NCBI RefSeq assembly: GCF_009914755.1
Contig: NC_060930.1
From: the human T2T-CHM13v2.0 reference genome, Homo sapiens
Length of the DNA: 64,000 bases
Strand: one strand, 5' to 3'
Shown: positions 27,881 to 43,731 of the stretch, piece by piece
Position numbering within the stretch: position 1 is the stretch's first letter
Layout of the letters: each line of letters starts with the position of its first letter
Translations under genes and position numbers: made by a program
The notes under the pieces: generated by a model
Database searches by the model: none
The model's input: only the letters and a program-made list of their open reading frames with translations
Told to the model about the DNA's origin: nothing

Positions 27881-28243
27881 TTTTATTTTTTTGAGATAGG
27901 GTCTTGCTTTGTTACCCGGGTTTGTCATAGATCCGTGCCCATTTTATAGCTGGAAACCCTGAGGCCCAGGGGACTGAGCCACTTGCTCACGTGCACATGG
28001 CTGTGAGTGGCAGAGCTGAGCTCAGACCCTGGGATCCTCCCTCCAAAGTCCCTCTCATGGGGGAATTCAGTGACCGTGGATGGGGATGCCATCATAGCTC
28101 ACTGCAGCCTCCAACTCCTAGACTCAAACTCCTGCCTTAGCCGCCAAGTAGCTGGGACTACAGGCATGTGCCACCACACCTGGATTAAAATGTTGTGTTT
28201 TTTCTTTATTTGCGGAGATGGAGTTTTGCTACATTGCCAGGCT
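27881..28243 (-). mobile_element. AluJ (truncated) interrupted by a MIR-containing insert (about 27923-28086)
   Basis: Right arm breaks after gttacccggg and resumes at ccatcatagctcactgcagcc; MIR core at 27937-28056 between. Confidence 0.75.
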
Positions 28244-29159
28244 GTGAAGAAGTCTTAATAAATAACCAAAGTACCCCATTCCTGCACTTTGCTCTTTCCC
28301 AAAATGGTATACCCACAGCTTCACTCCCTGCAGTGATCTGTATGTAATTAGGCTCATATGGGAATGTGGACTTGGCAGAGGGGCGCTGGAGGCCACATAT
28401 CAGGCTGACTGAGTAATCCCGTGAGGAAGCCACAGTGTCTGAGATACTGACGGGCCAAACAAAGTGTGGGAAAGAACAGAGATGATGTGAATGTTGGACA
28501 GAGGAAGCCTGAAAGAAAGGGAGATAAGGGAGCGACGGCAACAGACTATTTAATCTACACCACACAAGGAACTAAGTTCAAGATCCAACTCAACAATAAT
28601 CTCCAGAGACTATTTTAAAGACGCCTTTGCAGGTTTAAGAGAGGCTGTGAGGCAAAGCTATTCCAGCTCCTGATGTTCTGTGGGCAAGTTTCCCAGGATT
28701 CCAGCATCTTTGGGATTCATTCTATGAGCTGTGGAAGGCCACAGCTTTCCCGCCCTTTTCATCAGAGGACGTGGACGGCATGTGGCCGGCCACCAGGGCA
28801 GGATAGAGCTTTTTCAGGATGGCCCACCAGCCTGCAGGAAGATTCCCAGACTCAGTTCCTCAGAATCTGAAGGGCACTCCTCCAAGTCCCACAGAGCAGC
28901 CCACAAGTGTTTAACATGACACTTACTATGCAGTCAGACTATCCTAGGCTAGGTGGGGCTGCAAAGACAAAGGTTATGCTCCAATTGAAAAAAACTGCCA
29001 GAAAGCCATGCAAACATTGAAAAATGGTAGATACTGGCAAAATCTCTGAGTATCTTCTTCGTTTTAAAGCAACACTTTATAATCCACTCACACGCATTGA
29101 CCTTTTCATCCTAACAACAGACGAGACGTCTACAGTACGAATTCTTGAGACCACGAAAA

Positions 29160-29793
<634 letters not shown>

Positions 29794-29812
29794 TCACAAG
29801 TAAATGAGACAA

Positions 29813-30500
29813 GTTGCCATATGATCCAGAAATCCCACGACTGGGTATATACTCAAAAGAAAGGAAATCAGTATATTGAGGAAAAATCTGCACTTCCTCT
29901 GTTTGTTACAGCACTGTTTACAATAGCTAAGATTTGGAAGCAATCTAAATGTCTACCAACAGATGAATGGATAAAGAAAGTATAGTATATACACACAATG
30001 GAATATTATTCAGCCATAAAAAAGAATGAGATCCAGTCATTTGCAACAACATGGATGGAACGAGAGATCATTATGTTAAGTGAAAAAAGCCAGGCACAGA
30101 AAGACAAACTTAGCATGTTCTCACTTATCTGTGGGATTCAAAAATCAAACCTACTGAACTCATGGACACAGAGAGTAGGAGGATGGCTACCAAAGGCTGG
30201 GAAGGGTAGTAGGGGGCTGGAGGGGAGGTGGGGATGGTTAATGGGTACAAAAAAAGTAGTTAGAATAAATAAGATCTACTATTTGATAGCACAACAGAGT
30301 GACTATAGTCAATAATAACTGTACATTTTAAAATAAAGAGTATAACTGGAGTGTTTGTTGTAATGGATAAATGCTTGAGTGGATGGATACCCCATTCTTC
30401 ATGATGTGTTTATTTTACATGTCTGTATCAAAACATCTCATGTACCCCATACATATACACACCTATGTACCCACAAAAAAATTAAAAATTAAAAAAAAAT
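29813..30500 (+). mobile_element. L1MA 3' end
   Basis: ORF 29998.. MEYYSAIKKNE (L1 3' region); L1MA 3'UTR and poly(A). Confidence 0.9.
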
Positions 30501-30717
30501 TACAGGACTATGCAGTCAAAAAAAGTGGATGAGACAAATGAGAACAAAATAAAACTGTTCACTGTATAATAATTAGATAAATAGAAAAACCCAAGTAATA
30601 CAAATCCACAGAAGTCCCACTAATAATCACTATTAACAGTCTGGTTATATGACCCCAGACTCTCTCCTATGCCCAAGTATACAGAGTATATTGTACACAT
30701 ACATATAGAAATAAATC

Positions 30718-30750
30718 TATATATATATATATATATATATACATACATAC
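30718..30750. repeat. (TA)n microsatellite
   Basis: tatatatatatatatatatatatacatacatac. Confidence 0.9.
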
Positions 30751-31136
30751 AATCTATTTATAATGTACTATGATAGTATTCATAGTATTTTGCTGTCTCA
30801 TTTTTTTTACTTATTAATTATATTGAAAACCTCCTTTAACATCAATAGATGTATCAACATCATAACATTTGAGGACTGAAAGAGTATTACATTGAAGGAA
30901 TGAACCAATACATATTTATTTGTTGAATTTACAGAGTCTACCAAAGTGTCCCAAGTTTATAAGAAGTGACTACATATTGTGGTAGCATGTGGTTCTTTTT
31001 CTTCTACATTTTTCAAGATTGAGAAAGGCAGGCTGAATAAATATAAAAAGCCTTAACAGCAAAAAGTTGTTTTGGTTTGAGTGGGTGTAGCATAGAAGAA
31101 CACAAACTAACACATATACCACAGGGAATAGAATCA

Positions 31137-31457
<321 letters not shown>

Positions 31458-32694
31458 GAATATTCAGTGGGTGTTCAACATATCGAAAAAGGACTCAATT
31501 TTAAAGACTCGGGATAATGGGTGAATAGGGATGGCTAGATCAAGTATTAAATCGCTAAGTCTGAAGTCAAGCAAATGTCCTTGTTTCAGCCCAATCATGG
31601 TAGAGTTACTTAATGATACAGAGGAAAGTTAACTGAAAAAACTGTATGATCTTGAGTGATCCTAGAAATTAAATCACTATTTGAAGGTGAAAACCTAAAA
31701 AAAAAAAAAAAAAATCAGGACTTACCATATTTCTTTAGAAGGTATCAAAAATTAAAATATTCATTCAGTGTTAATATTTCTAATCTAAGTTCCTTCTCAA
31801 AGAGAATGGTTGGTTTGGTAAAAATATATGTGATAGGATTTGCTGAAGTCACATGACACATCCTTGCCCTCAATTAAGGGTGCCATACCTCCCCCCGCGA
31901 CTAGTGACATTCCAGGAAAATCTCACTTTTGAGGGGAGGCTGGGGAAGTGAGCATATCCCCGCAATGGGCAGAGTGTGTGGAAATCGTGTCTCCAGCCAT
32001 GGAGACACGAATGCAGTTAACCTTTTCTAAGTATCCAACACTGCTCCATGAATCAGGCAGGAGATGGGGCTGGCAGAGAGCAGCAGAGGGAGAAAGAACA
32101 CATAGCAGCAGCAAAGAAATGCCAAAGGAGATAGATACTGGCTGCAAAATCCCAGCGAGATCAAAGGCGGAGATGCAAAGTAGAGCAACACAGAGTCTGA
32201 TCTGTGAAACCAAGGTCCATAACCAATGGCAGGTGACAGTCCCTTACAACAAATGCTCCCTAAATGCTTCATCCCTGGTCCAGCCGATGCAATTTTTAAG
32301 GGGAGTGGTAATTTGTGGTGGGGGTCATGCTCTTAGAAAAAACATGTCTATTACATTTTGACCATGTGAAATAGAATCAATGTTGGGAACTAAGAACACA
32401 GACCTTAAATGTCAGCAGTGGATGGAGTCAGAGAGAGCATTTCTTTGACAATTCACTCTAGGCATTTGCAATATCATGGAATATGAACTGAGCTACTTTT
32501 AACAAATCTCTTTTCATAGTACAATTCAGGACCTGGTGAGATGTTTCCAGATCTAACAATGCACTTCTTATAGGGACAGAGTTTTTGCTTTGCCCAACTC
32601 TCTCGTGGTCACCGCTTTTACATGAGTGAGCATTAGATGGTCAGGCTGTGTTGTGTGCTATACAATGGCTTTTTTACACCATCAAGACTAAATC

Positions 32695-33006
<312 letters not shown>

Positions 33007-33339
33007 TCATACATTGCTTCCAAAGGTAGCTCCATATCCTCTGAAGGTATACATGGGAGGGCCCATAACATATCATGTATTCCAGATCTAGCCATAAAAC
33101 CATGCGGTTTAGATTTTAACATCCAAATCCAATTGTGTGTCTCTGGTAAACATGACTTGCCCAGTAAAACCGTGCTGATACTACATGTTCCACAGTTACG
33201 TTATCATTATATTTTCGGACTAACTTTTGGAAATGTTGTCTTGTCGTTGTATTGTATCATCCTGAGTAAGTATTAAATTCCTTAATATTTGCCACAACCA
33301 TTTGCTGAGTGGCTAATTTGTATGGACACATTTTTATCT

Positions 33340-33865
<526 letters not shown>

Positions 33866-35261
33866 TCTTTGTCAGGGTTTTTTGTTTTTTTTTTTTTTTT
33901 GTGAAGATAGCAAGCGAGGATATGAGAACAAAAGTTACCCATGACATTCAGTGGAAAGTTGTGTATTAGTGCCCAACAGGTGCCAGGCAAGCGTTCTTCA
34001 GGCAGCACAGCGGGACCAAAGTGCTGACAGTGGCAACGACACAAAATGTAGCCTTGGCAAGTCAGTCTAACAATTACTTTGCATCATTCTGATTATGAGC
34101 CACAAGCATGCAATCAACAGCATAGAGACAGTCTTAAATGATCTCCATCAGCATTTTACTTTAGTTATCAAAGTGTGGCAGATTGAACACCCGCTCATCT
34201 GACCTAAGCGCAATGTTAATAACCCAAACACAAAGAATGTGCAGGAATAATAATGGCTCAAGAGCACTGGCCTTGCTGGGGGCCATTGGTTATAACAGAT
34301 GTATTTTATTTTATCCAACTTTTTTCATTTATTACCTCAGAGTAGATACATATTATTATGTGTTTCTCGTCGGATAAATTTATCCACAGTCTAACACAAT
34401 TTAAATTGAGTTAGGACTTAAGTGAGTTTCCAAATTCCCTAAACTTACTATGGCATGATGTACATGTCTCTATGAGGAGCACTTTTCACACTCCATGGTA
34501 AATTTTTGTCGTACTCATCTTCTCCACTAAATTGTGACCCAGCTCTGATAGCCTGGATTTTACATCATTTATCTCTGTGTAGCAGACATTCAAAATATGC
34601 AGAAATGAATGAATCCTCAGAGAATCATAAATAAAAGGCATGCTTATTGAGTCCGTGAATGTCCCCAAGTTGGAGAAGTCACCAGCATTTCAAAGAGCAA
34701 CATCTGAATTCCAAAATTTGTCTAAAATTGAAAAGATGATTATAAATCTATACCATGAAATTTGGTAGATATCTGTTCTTAAGGAATTAAAACATATAAA
34801 TATAAAAATAAGGAAATACTCCTCTGATATTGGCTGAAGAAAATCATTTTCAAGGAGACTCTTACCAAAGCTCTATTTTCAACATTAAAGCTTAAAATGT
34901 AAGGGGCAGAGAGTATTTTGAGAATGGTTTTCAAGGAAAGTAATTAAAATCAACGTAGGTTGTAGAACCAGATCCAGAAGAGAAATACTGATTGCTATAT
35001 TTCAGGGGTGAAAAAAGGTCAAATTGTCAAAAAGTAAAGAAAAGGGCCTGAAAGTTTTCAATACTGTATCAATGCCCATCACTTCACTCAAAAAGTTAGT
35101 GAAGCAGTACGATTCCATGGAAGGGTTAAGGGTTCATTTTCCTTTTAGATAAATATTGTATCTGGAGCAAAAGGTAACCTCTTAGCAGATTCATCCATTG
35201 TCGGAATCTTATTTGGACTGTACAAAACGACTACCCCATCGTTTTACTTAAGAGAACATCT

Positions 35262-35452
35262 ACACTGGAATCTACTGGAGGGTGGAGGTGGGAGGACAAA
35301 GAAGATCGGGAAAAATAACTAATGGTTACTAGGCTTAGTACCTGGTGACAAAATAATCTGTAAAACAAACCCCCATGACACAAGTTTACCTATATAACGA
35401 ACCTGCACACGTACATCTGAACTTAAAATATAAGTTAAATGAATAAAAAAAG
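35262..35452 (+). mobile_element. L1PA13-16-like 3' end with TSD
   Basis: L1P 3'UTR; TSD aagagaacatctacac / aagaaaacatccacac. Confidence 0.85.
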
Positions 35453-35676
35453 AAAACATCCACACATAGAAGTCAATCAGGTTTTATGATTTCCTGGGTG
35501 TCTGTGTTCACGGGTGGGTATGCGTGTGTGTGTATGTGTAGCATTTCTTTCCCATTATCTCAATGCTTATTATACATAATTTTTTAAGTCAATGCTTAAT
35601 ACTCTTCAACTGCCAAAACATACCATATAAACTCTTCAAAGACAGTGTCCATACACCTTAATAAGTCCTCTAACAG

Positions 35677-35804
35677 CTAGCATAAGTTTACTGTATACAT
35701 GGTCAAGGTATTGAAGAGAATTTGTACAAAACAATCAGCACATCCACAGTATCTCAAAATTCCCAAATTGGCAATCACTGCCTTAGCAAAGCTGCATCTC
35801 TGAC
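35677..35804 (-). other. Candidate exon start (strong acceptor, AG|GT)
   Basis: gtttcctgcttctcttcccctctatctccag|GTCAGA; phase 0 reads VRDAALLRQ*, phase 1 reads xQRCSF..VNLC*. Confidence 0.3.
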
Positions 35805-36016
35805 CTGGAGATAGAGGGGAAGAGAAGCAGGAAACCATCTTTAGGGTGCCAGGCAGCAAGTTGCCTGTGGTCTACGTTTCGGGGCAGGTCCCTCTTCCAT
35901 AACTCCTCTCACCACAGCTAAAGATCAGAGCTACTTCACCAAAGTTTAGTACGAATAGGAAATATCACAGAGGAAAGGCAGAATTCAGATTCTGTGACTT
36001 TAAAAAGTGCAACCCA

Positions 36017-36318
<302 letters not shown>

Positions 36319-36621
36319 GTGCTACCCATGTTAGAAACCTTTTGGTCACATCTGGTAACAGCCCCAGTGGTGCTAAGGACATGAAAGCCATTGCCCCAAT
36401 CAAAAAACAAAGGCAAAGAACACAGCTCTGGACACAAAATTGGAATTCAGTAAATACTTAAAAGCAGTAATGTAACAGGGGTCTATCTTATTCAGTAAAT
36501 ACTTAAAACAGTAATATCTACTACATAAGCTTTATTGTTTTCAAAGTGAATAGCTTGCAGTCAACATCACTACATTATATATACGGTTCTAAAAATAGTA
36601 TTTCTTAAACACCTAGAACAG

Positions 36622-36842
36622 CCAAAGGTTGGCAAACTTTTTCTATAAAGGACCAGGGAGCAAATGCTTTAGGCTGTGTGGGCCAGACATCTCCATTGCA
36701 ACTACTCAATCTGTCATTGTCGTGCAAAAGCAGCAATTGAAGATACTCATACAAACAGGCATGTCGGTGTTCCAATAAAACTTAATTTACAGAAACAGGC
36801 TGGGGTGATATTTGGCCCATGGTCCAGTTTGTCAATACCTGG
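36622..36842. mobile_element. MER58A
   Basis: ggttggcaaactttttctataaaggacca..gttccaataaaactt..gtttgtcaatacctg. Confidence 0.85.
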
Positions 36843-37179
36843 TCTAGAATATTATTACACTGAAAAATTATAAGATGGACTCTCAACTTCCTTCCTTTCC
36901 TCTAAAGAGATTATTTTTCTTAGTGAAAAGTTAGATGACAATGTCACACAGTAGCCAAAAGCAGTCGGTGGTATATTCTGCAGCATCCACCACTGAACCT
37001 CGTCCATGATAAGCAGATATGGGCAAATCTGAGAATTCCAGGTGCAGTTTTCCAGTGGTAAGTCTCTACATATTCATCTCTGCATTACATATGTGCAAAG
37101 GGAACAGGCTGCCCCATGGAACCCCAGATAAATGCTAAATAGCCTCTTGAAGTAGTGTACTATCTAGGCATGCAAGAAG

Positions 37180-37916
37180 ACTCTTGAGCAACAACAAAAA
37201 ACAAATACCTTGATTAAAAAATGGGCAAAGGACTTGAATTGACATTTCTTCAAAGAAAATATGCAAATGACCATTAAGCACACGAAAAGACACTCAACAT
37301 CACTAATCATTAGGAAAATGCAAATCAAAACCACAATGACATACCATTTCACTCACATTAAGATGGCTCTGATTAACAACAAAAAAAACAACCCCCAAAA
37401 CAAGAAAATAACAAATGTTGGCAAGGATGTGGACAAATTGGAACTCTGTGTACATTACTGATAGAAATGCAAAATGGTACAGCTGCTGTGAAAAATACCA
37501 TGATGGTTCCTCAAAAAATTTAAAAAATACTACATGATTCACCAATTCCACTTCTAGGTATATACCCAAAAAAACTGAAAGGAGGCACTTGAACAGATAT
37601 TTGTATACCAGTGTTCATAGCCACATAATTCACAATAACCTAAAGTGGAAGCAACCTAAGTGTCCATCAATGGATGAATAGATACAAAATGTGATACATA
37701 TGTGCAATATTATTCAGCCCTAAAGAGGAAGGAGATTCTGACACATGCTACAACATGGATATGCAGTTTTGCTTTGGGAAGATGAAAACGTTCTGAAGAT
37801 GGATCGTGGTGATGACTGCAATATAATGTGAATGTACTTAATGCCACTGAACTGTACACTTAAAAATGGGAAAAATGATGAATTTTATCACAATAAAAAG
37901 AAGAAGAAGAAGAAGA
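37180..37916 (+). mobile_element. L1MB fragment with (GAA)n tail
   Basis: ORF2-like MQIKTTMTYH; L1MB 3'UTR. Confidence 0.88.
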
Positions 37917-39126
37917 CCCCTGTGATCACTTGACCTTATAAGGGAGCTTTTCAGGTGATCTGTTTGGATCAAGATATCCCAAGAAGTTTCAAATGAGAGT
38001 TGAAACTTGAGAGGGTTGGTTTATGGGAGGCAGCTGATGAACTGTGACCTCGTTTGAGTGTTCCAGGAAATCGGCTTCCACATCTAGGAATCACTTGGAC
38101 TAAAAAAGAATGTGAGAGCTCCTTTGATTCAGAGTGAGCTCTCACATGAGATTTGTAATATGGCCAGAATGCTTGCAATATCCTTTTCTGAGTTTTACAA
38201 CCTCAGAGACCCAATTTGGCAGTGGATCAGGAGTAAAGTCACTAATAGGAACAAAAGCTAGGAAAATTTACCATACCTGATGGAGGGACATAGGAAAGGG
38301 CAAAGAGGTAAAAGAAATCCCTGTAATTAAGGCAAAGCCAACCTATCTTTCAGGATCACAGTGAAAACTCACAATCTCCAGTTATGAGTAAGAGAAGTCT
38401 TCTTCTTTCCCTAACCATTCTCCTTCGTCACGCATATAACTGCTTTTAGGTGACTCGTTTGAAATGTAAGCTGCTCTGAGTCTAATTCGGCATAACACTT
38501 AACACCATATACCATGCACAAGAGGTGACTTCATGGAAACTGTCCCTATTTGCATAGCACTATTCCCTGGATTACTCAGGTATCATCCTTGCAAAAGTCA
38601 AACTGATACAGGGTTGCATTGCCTACTACAAGCAGAATAACGTTGAGTCATGGTTTCTCAGCTGAAAGAAAATGATATCGTTTTTTCCTATATTCTTGGT
38701 AAGAATCAGAAGATACCTCCAAGCCAGCCCAACCATAAATCCTATGACCACATATATATGACACTGATGACTACCTTCAGGTGACAACAGGTTTCCCCAT
38801 GCTGCCAAAATAAAGTAGAAGGCTGGGTAATGGTTTAGTACATTTGAATCATGCACTTTTCCAACTCAGTTATTGAGAATGGCCATTAGAGGGTCCCAAA
38901 TAACCCAGTTAACCAAAAAATTTTCTGACCGTTAAGAGTTTTAACCAATATGCAGTAAAATGCAGTTTTCAATCAGGGGCACACATCTCTACTGTAACCA
39001 TTTTTTGACAGTTTTGTTAGAGAATTCAAAGCACCAAATAAAAATGTGTACCTGAAAAAGACTACTAGAGGAAAAAAAAATAAATTCAGGGTAAGGGTAC
39101 ATACTAGATATTTAGACAGCTGAAGC

Positions 39127-39327
39127 CAGTGGTGTGTGCAGAAATGTTTAATAAAAGTGGGAGGGGAGAGAGGACCCCTGATGTGTAGCATTTGCAGACT
39201 TCTGTAGTGTAAACACTCCCACCATGGCCAATTTCAAGGTAATAACATGATGTCAACATGCTCCCCAAATTTCTGAACATTTAACACTTGGCTCATAAAA
39301 GTGCAAGCTGGCTCCACTACACCACTG
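39127..39327. mobile_element. MER63-like hAT MITE
   Basis: Terminal inverted repeats cagtggtgt / acaccactg; internal ctcccaccatggccaatttcaag. Confidence 0.75.
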
Positions 39328-39399
39328 GTCCATTTCCTCATCCCACCAAGATCAGTAAACCCTACTTCCTACCTAAAATAAACCCAAGAAGCAAAGTCC

Positions 39400-39710
39400 T
39401 TCATTATTTTCGGCTTTCTTCTTATCCATAGATATTTAAGAGACTATCTGTTCCCACTTCCATGTCTTTGCTTCTAGCCTCCTCATCTGGAATAAACCTT
39501 CCTAAGTCTGCTCTTGTATAAACAGCTTTCTTTGAATGCTCTTAGGCTAGGTCGCACCAGCCCTTCTGTATTCTGATTTTCTACAGCACTTCTCTGTTAC
39601 TGTCCTGTCATTTGATTCTAGAGGGCAGGGGTCTGTGAGGGCAGGGCATCTGCCCACAGGAATAAGCACAGCACCAAGTCTGACTTGGATTGAGCTGAAT
39701 AAATGAAATC
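39400..39710 (+). mobile_element. L2 3' fragment
   Basis: gagggcagggg..cacagcaccaagt..aataaatgaa. Confidence 0.55.
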
Positions 39711-39859
39711 TGTTGAGTTGACTGGCTGGGCTGCCTTCTGTCTAGTCTGCCACAGTGAGCTAGGCTCCTCCTGAAGTGAACTAGGATCAGTGAGGGACTA
39801 AAGTCAATCTGTAGCATGAAGATTTCACAGGGCACTCACTACTGCACACACCAAACTCC

Positions 39860-40545
39860 CACAAAAGGAAGAGGGGGAGCTAATATGTGTTGGGCATAAA
39901 ATTTCTGCAAGCCCCAGCACCCAGAACTTAGTTCCTAACACCATTCTCCAATAAAACAAACCAGGGGTCTTTGGAGAAATGGCTGATTCTAGTACTGTGA
40001 CAGGGAATATCCAAGATGAGCATGGAGCATCTTGTAGTATCAGAAAGTGGGAAAATGCTAAATAGATAAATCAATACCCCACAGTGATGGGGGCATATAA
40101 AAGGGGGACAAGAGACAATATTCCTAATATTTCTCAAAGAGCTGCCAATGGCCAGAACTAAAACAACCAGAGCAACAAAATAAACAACATAGTACTGGAT
40201 TAGAACCTAAAGAATAAAATAAACACCCATGAGTTCATATTGATATAAATAAATTTTAAAAGAGGAAGAAAACACGCATCTCTTGAGCAAAGGAGTTCTA
40301 AATAATTCATGCAGATGTTCTGCCCTTGTAAAGGTAGAGCGTAACTGCCCACCCCTTAAGTGTGGGCTGTGCACAGTGACTTCCTTCCAACGAGTAGTAC
40401 AGTATGGAAAAGGGTGTGTGTGAGTGTGTCTGTGTACAAAGAGTAACTTTAAAGTTGACAAACCCTGACACAACCTCGGCTGAGGTCATCAAGATCAACA
40501 GCCCATGATAGGTCACATATGATGTGATAAAAGTGACAATCTGCC
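39860..40545 (+). mobile_element. L1MC/L1MD 3' fragment
   Basis: ccattctccaataaaa..ctttggagaaatggctgattctag..ccttaagtgtgggctgtgcacagtgacttcc. Confidence 0.75.
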
Positions 40546-40603
40546 AATTTTAAGGAGTACAGACTAATCATTTTGTGGACTGTCCCTCAATTTGGGTTTT
40601 TCT

Positions 40604-40934
<331 letters not shown>

Positions 40935-41029
40935 TTACCTAAAAGCAAGAACTAAAGCCAATATTTTATTTTGATTGAGTAATGATACACAATAACTAGT
41001 CTTGAAGGGCATCAACTAAAACATGATGG

Positions 41030-41185
41030 ACTGCAGGATGGACAGATGGCTTGATACCTGACAAAGCAAATATAGCAAAATATTATTTGCAAAATCTAGG
41101 TGGCAAGTTTATGGGTGTTCACTGTACAATTCTTACAATTTACTTGTATGTTTGCAATTTTTCCTAATAAAATGTTGGGGGGAAA
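41030..41185 (+). mobile_element. L1ME 3' end fragment
   Basis: atgggtgttcactgtacaattctt..tgtatgtttg..ttcctaataaaatgttggg. Confidence 0.65.
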
Positions 41186-42098
41186 GTCTCTCGTGAACAA
41201 CTCTGCCCAGTCATAGAAGAGTTTCCCAGGAAAGATTTATTTAGCCCAAATATGCATGTATCTGACTTTTGGGGGACATCTCATTTAACAAAAATTAGGC
41301 TTCTGATTTCTCCTTTTAACCTCTTTTACAGAAAACTGCCCCCCTTAGCAGTGAAAGGCAGCACTTTTGCCAATGTGCTATTGCAATGTGCTACTGCAAT
41401 GTGCAATGCAATTAGGCTATTAAATAATAGACAAAAGGCCAATGTTTATTAATTAGCAAAAAGCCATATAGGATATGAGCTCTAGACTCTGCAGAGCTTT
41501 ATATTCCACATGGACCCTCCAATCATTTTTGTGGCTTGGATGGATTTCAGCACTGGTACTTATCATGGTCAAAGATACATCATTATTGCTCTAGTCAATA
41601 CACATTTTCATTAAATAGCACATTTATAACACATGTATTTATTTTACAATTTCCATAAACTTGGTTATTTACTCATTCTACCTTCAACTCTTACTTGGCC
41701 TTAGGAAATGTAAAATCTTTTTTTTTTTTTTGATAAGAGGTTTTTCTTGAAATAGGAGTTAATTAAAAGATTTAAGGAAAACGTACCTCTTGTGATTCAA
41801 ACATGAGATTATTATTATCTTTTATAAAAGGTAAAATCTATTTCAGAGCATTTTAAGTGTGCATCAACCGTCCCTGAATTCCGATGCTTGACAAATTCAT
41901 TAGCAATAACAAATGTTAAACCTGTCTAGAGTATTTCCTTGCTATTCTACGCAGCAAATCAATGGCCTCGCCAACCGCCACAGGATAAAAGTGTGTGTAT
42001 TCTGCCAACGTGATGCCACCGACAGGGAGAGCCAACTCTGCTCACCCTCCGAGAAGGACTCTAGTGCATAAGTGGCTGCCTATGTATTGGGATGTTCT

Positions 42099-42422
<324 letters not shown>

Positions 42423-42450
42423 TGATGTTCTAACTGAAATACAACCATGA

Positions 42451-42706
<256 letters not shown>

Positions 42707-42854
42707 TCAGCTTGCTGGCAACTTCCCAGATTAGTGCACTTGATGAAACCCCTTGTAATAATTAAATTCCTTCCACCGGCACAAGAAATATGTCCACTGA
42801 AAATAGGAATTTCCTTTCTCTCTTTGCCCTCAAGACCTTCACCACCCAGGACAG

Positions 42855-43040
42855 TGAGAGGCTATAAGTGTTAAGGGCACCGGGGCAGAGCCAATATCTG
42901 GGTTTAAATGACCTTGGGCAAATCACTTAACCTCACTGTTTTCAGATATAAAATTTACATAACAAAAGTTGTGAGGATTAAAGGGTTAATATAGCACAAA
43001 GCACTTAGAGCAGTATTATAGGTGTTTGCTTTTATTGACC
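42855..43040 (+). mobile_element. MIR
   Basis: gaccttgggcaaatcacttaacctc..gttgtgaggattaaa..aagcacttaga. Confidence 0.75.
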
Positions 43041-43087
43041 AACATACAAAGAGCTGACTGTTATTCAATGATTCCAAAATAATTGTT

Positions 43088-43380
43088 CTTTTTATTTTTT
43101 TAATCTTTTTTTTGTTTTTAATTATACTTTAAGTTTTAGGGTACATGTGCACAACATGCAGGTTTGTTACATATGTATAGATGTGCCAGGTTGGCGTGCT
43201 GCACCCATTAACTTGTCATTTAACATTAGGTATATCTCCTAATGCTATCCTTCCCCCCTCCCCCCACCCCACAACAGGCCCCGGTGTGTGATGTTCCCCT
43301 TCCTGTGTCCATGTGTTCTCATTGTTCAATTCCCACCTATGAGTGAGAACATGGGGTGTTTGGTTTTTTGTCCTTGCGAT
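43088..43380 (-). mobile_element. L1PA (PA3-5-like) 3' end
   Basis: ttatactttaagttttagggtacatgtgcacaac..tgtccttgcgat. Confidence 0.92.

Positions 43381-43731
<351 letters not shown>

Noticed and set aside
31726-31732. 7-nt minus-strand microexon (aag|AAATATG|gtaagt)
   Set aside because: Weak AAG acceptor, frameshifting, likely chance.
31948-32361. 137-aa + strand ORF
   Set aside because: GTG start, no homology I recognise; length plausible by chance in 64 kb.
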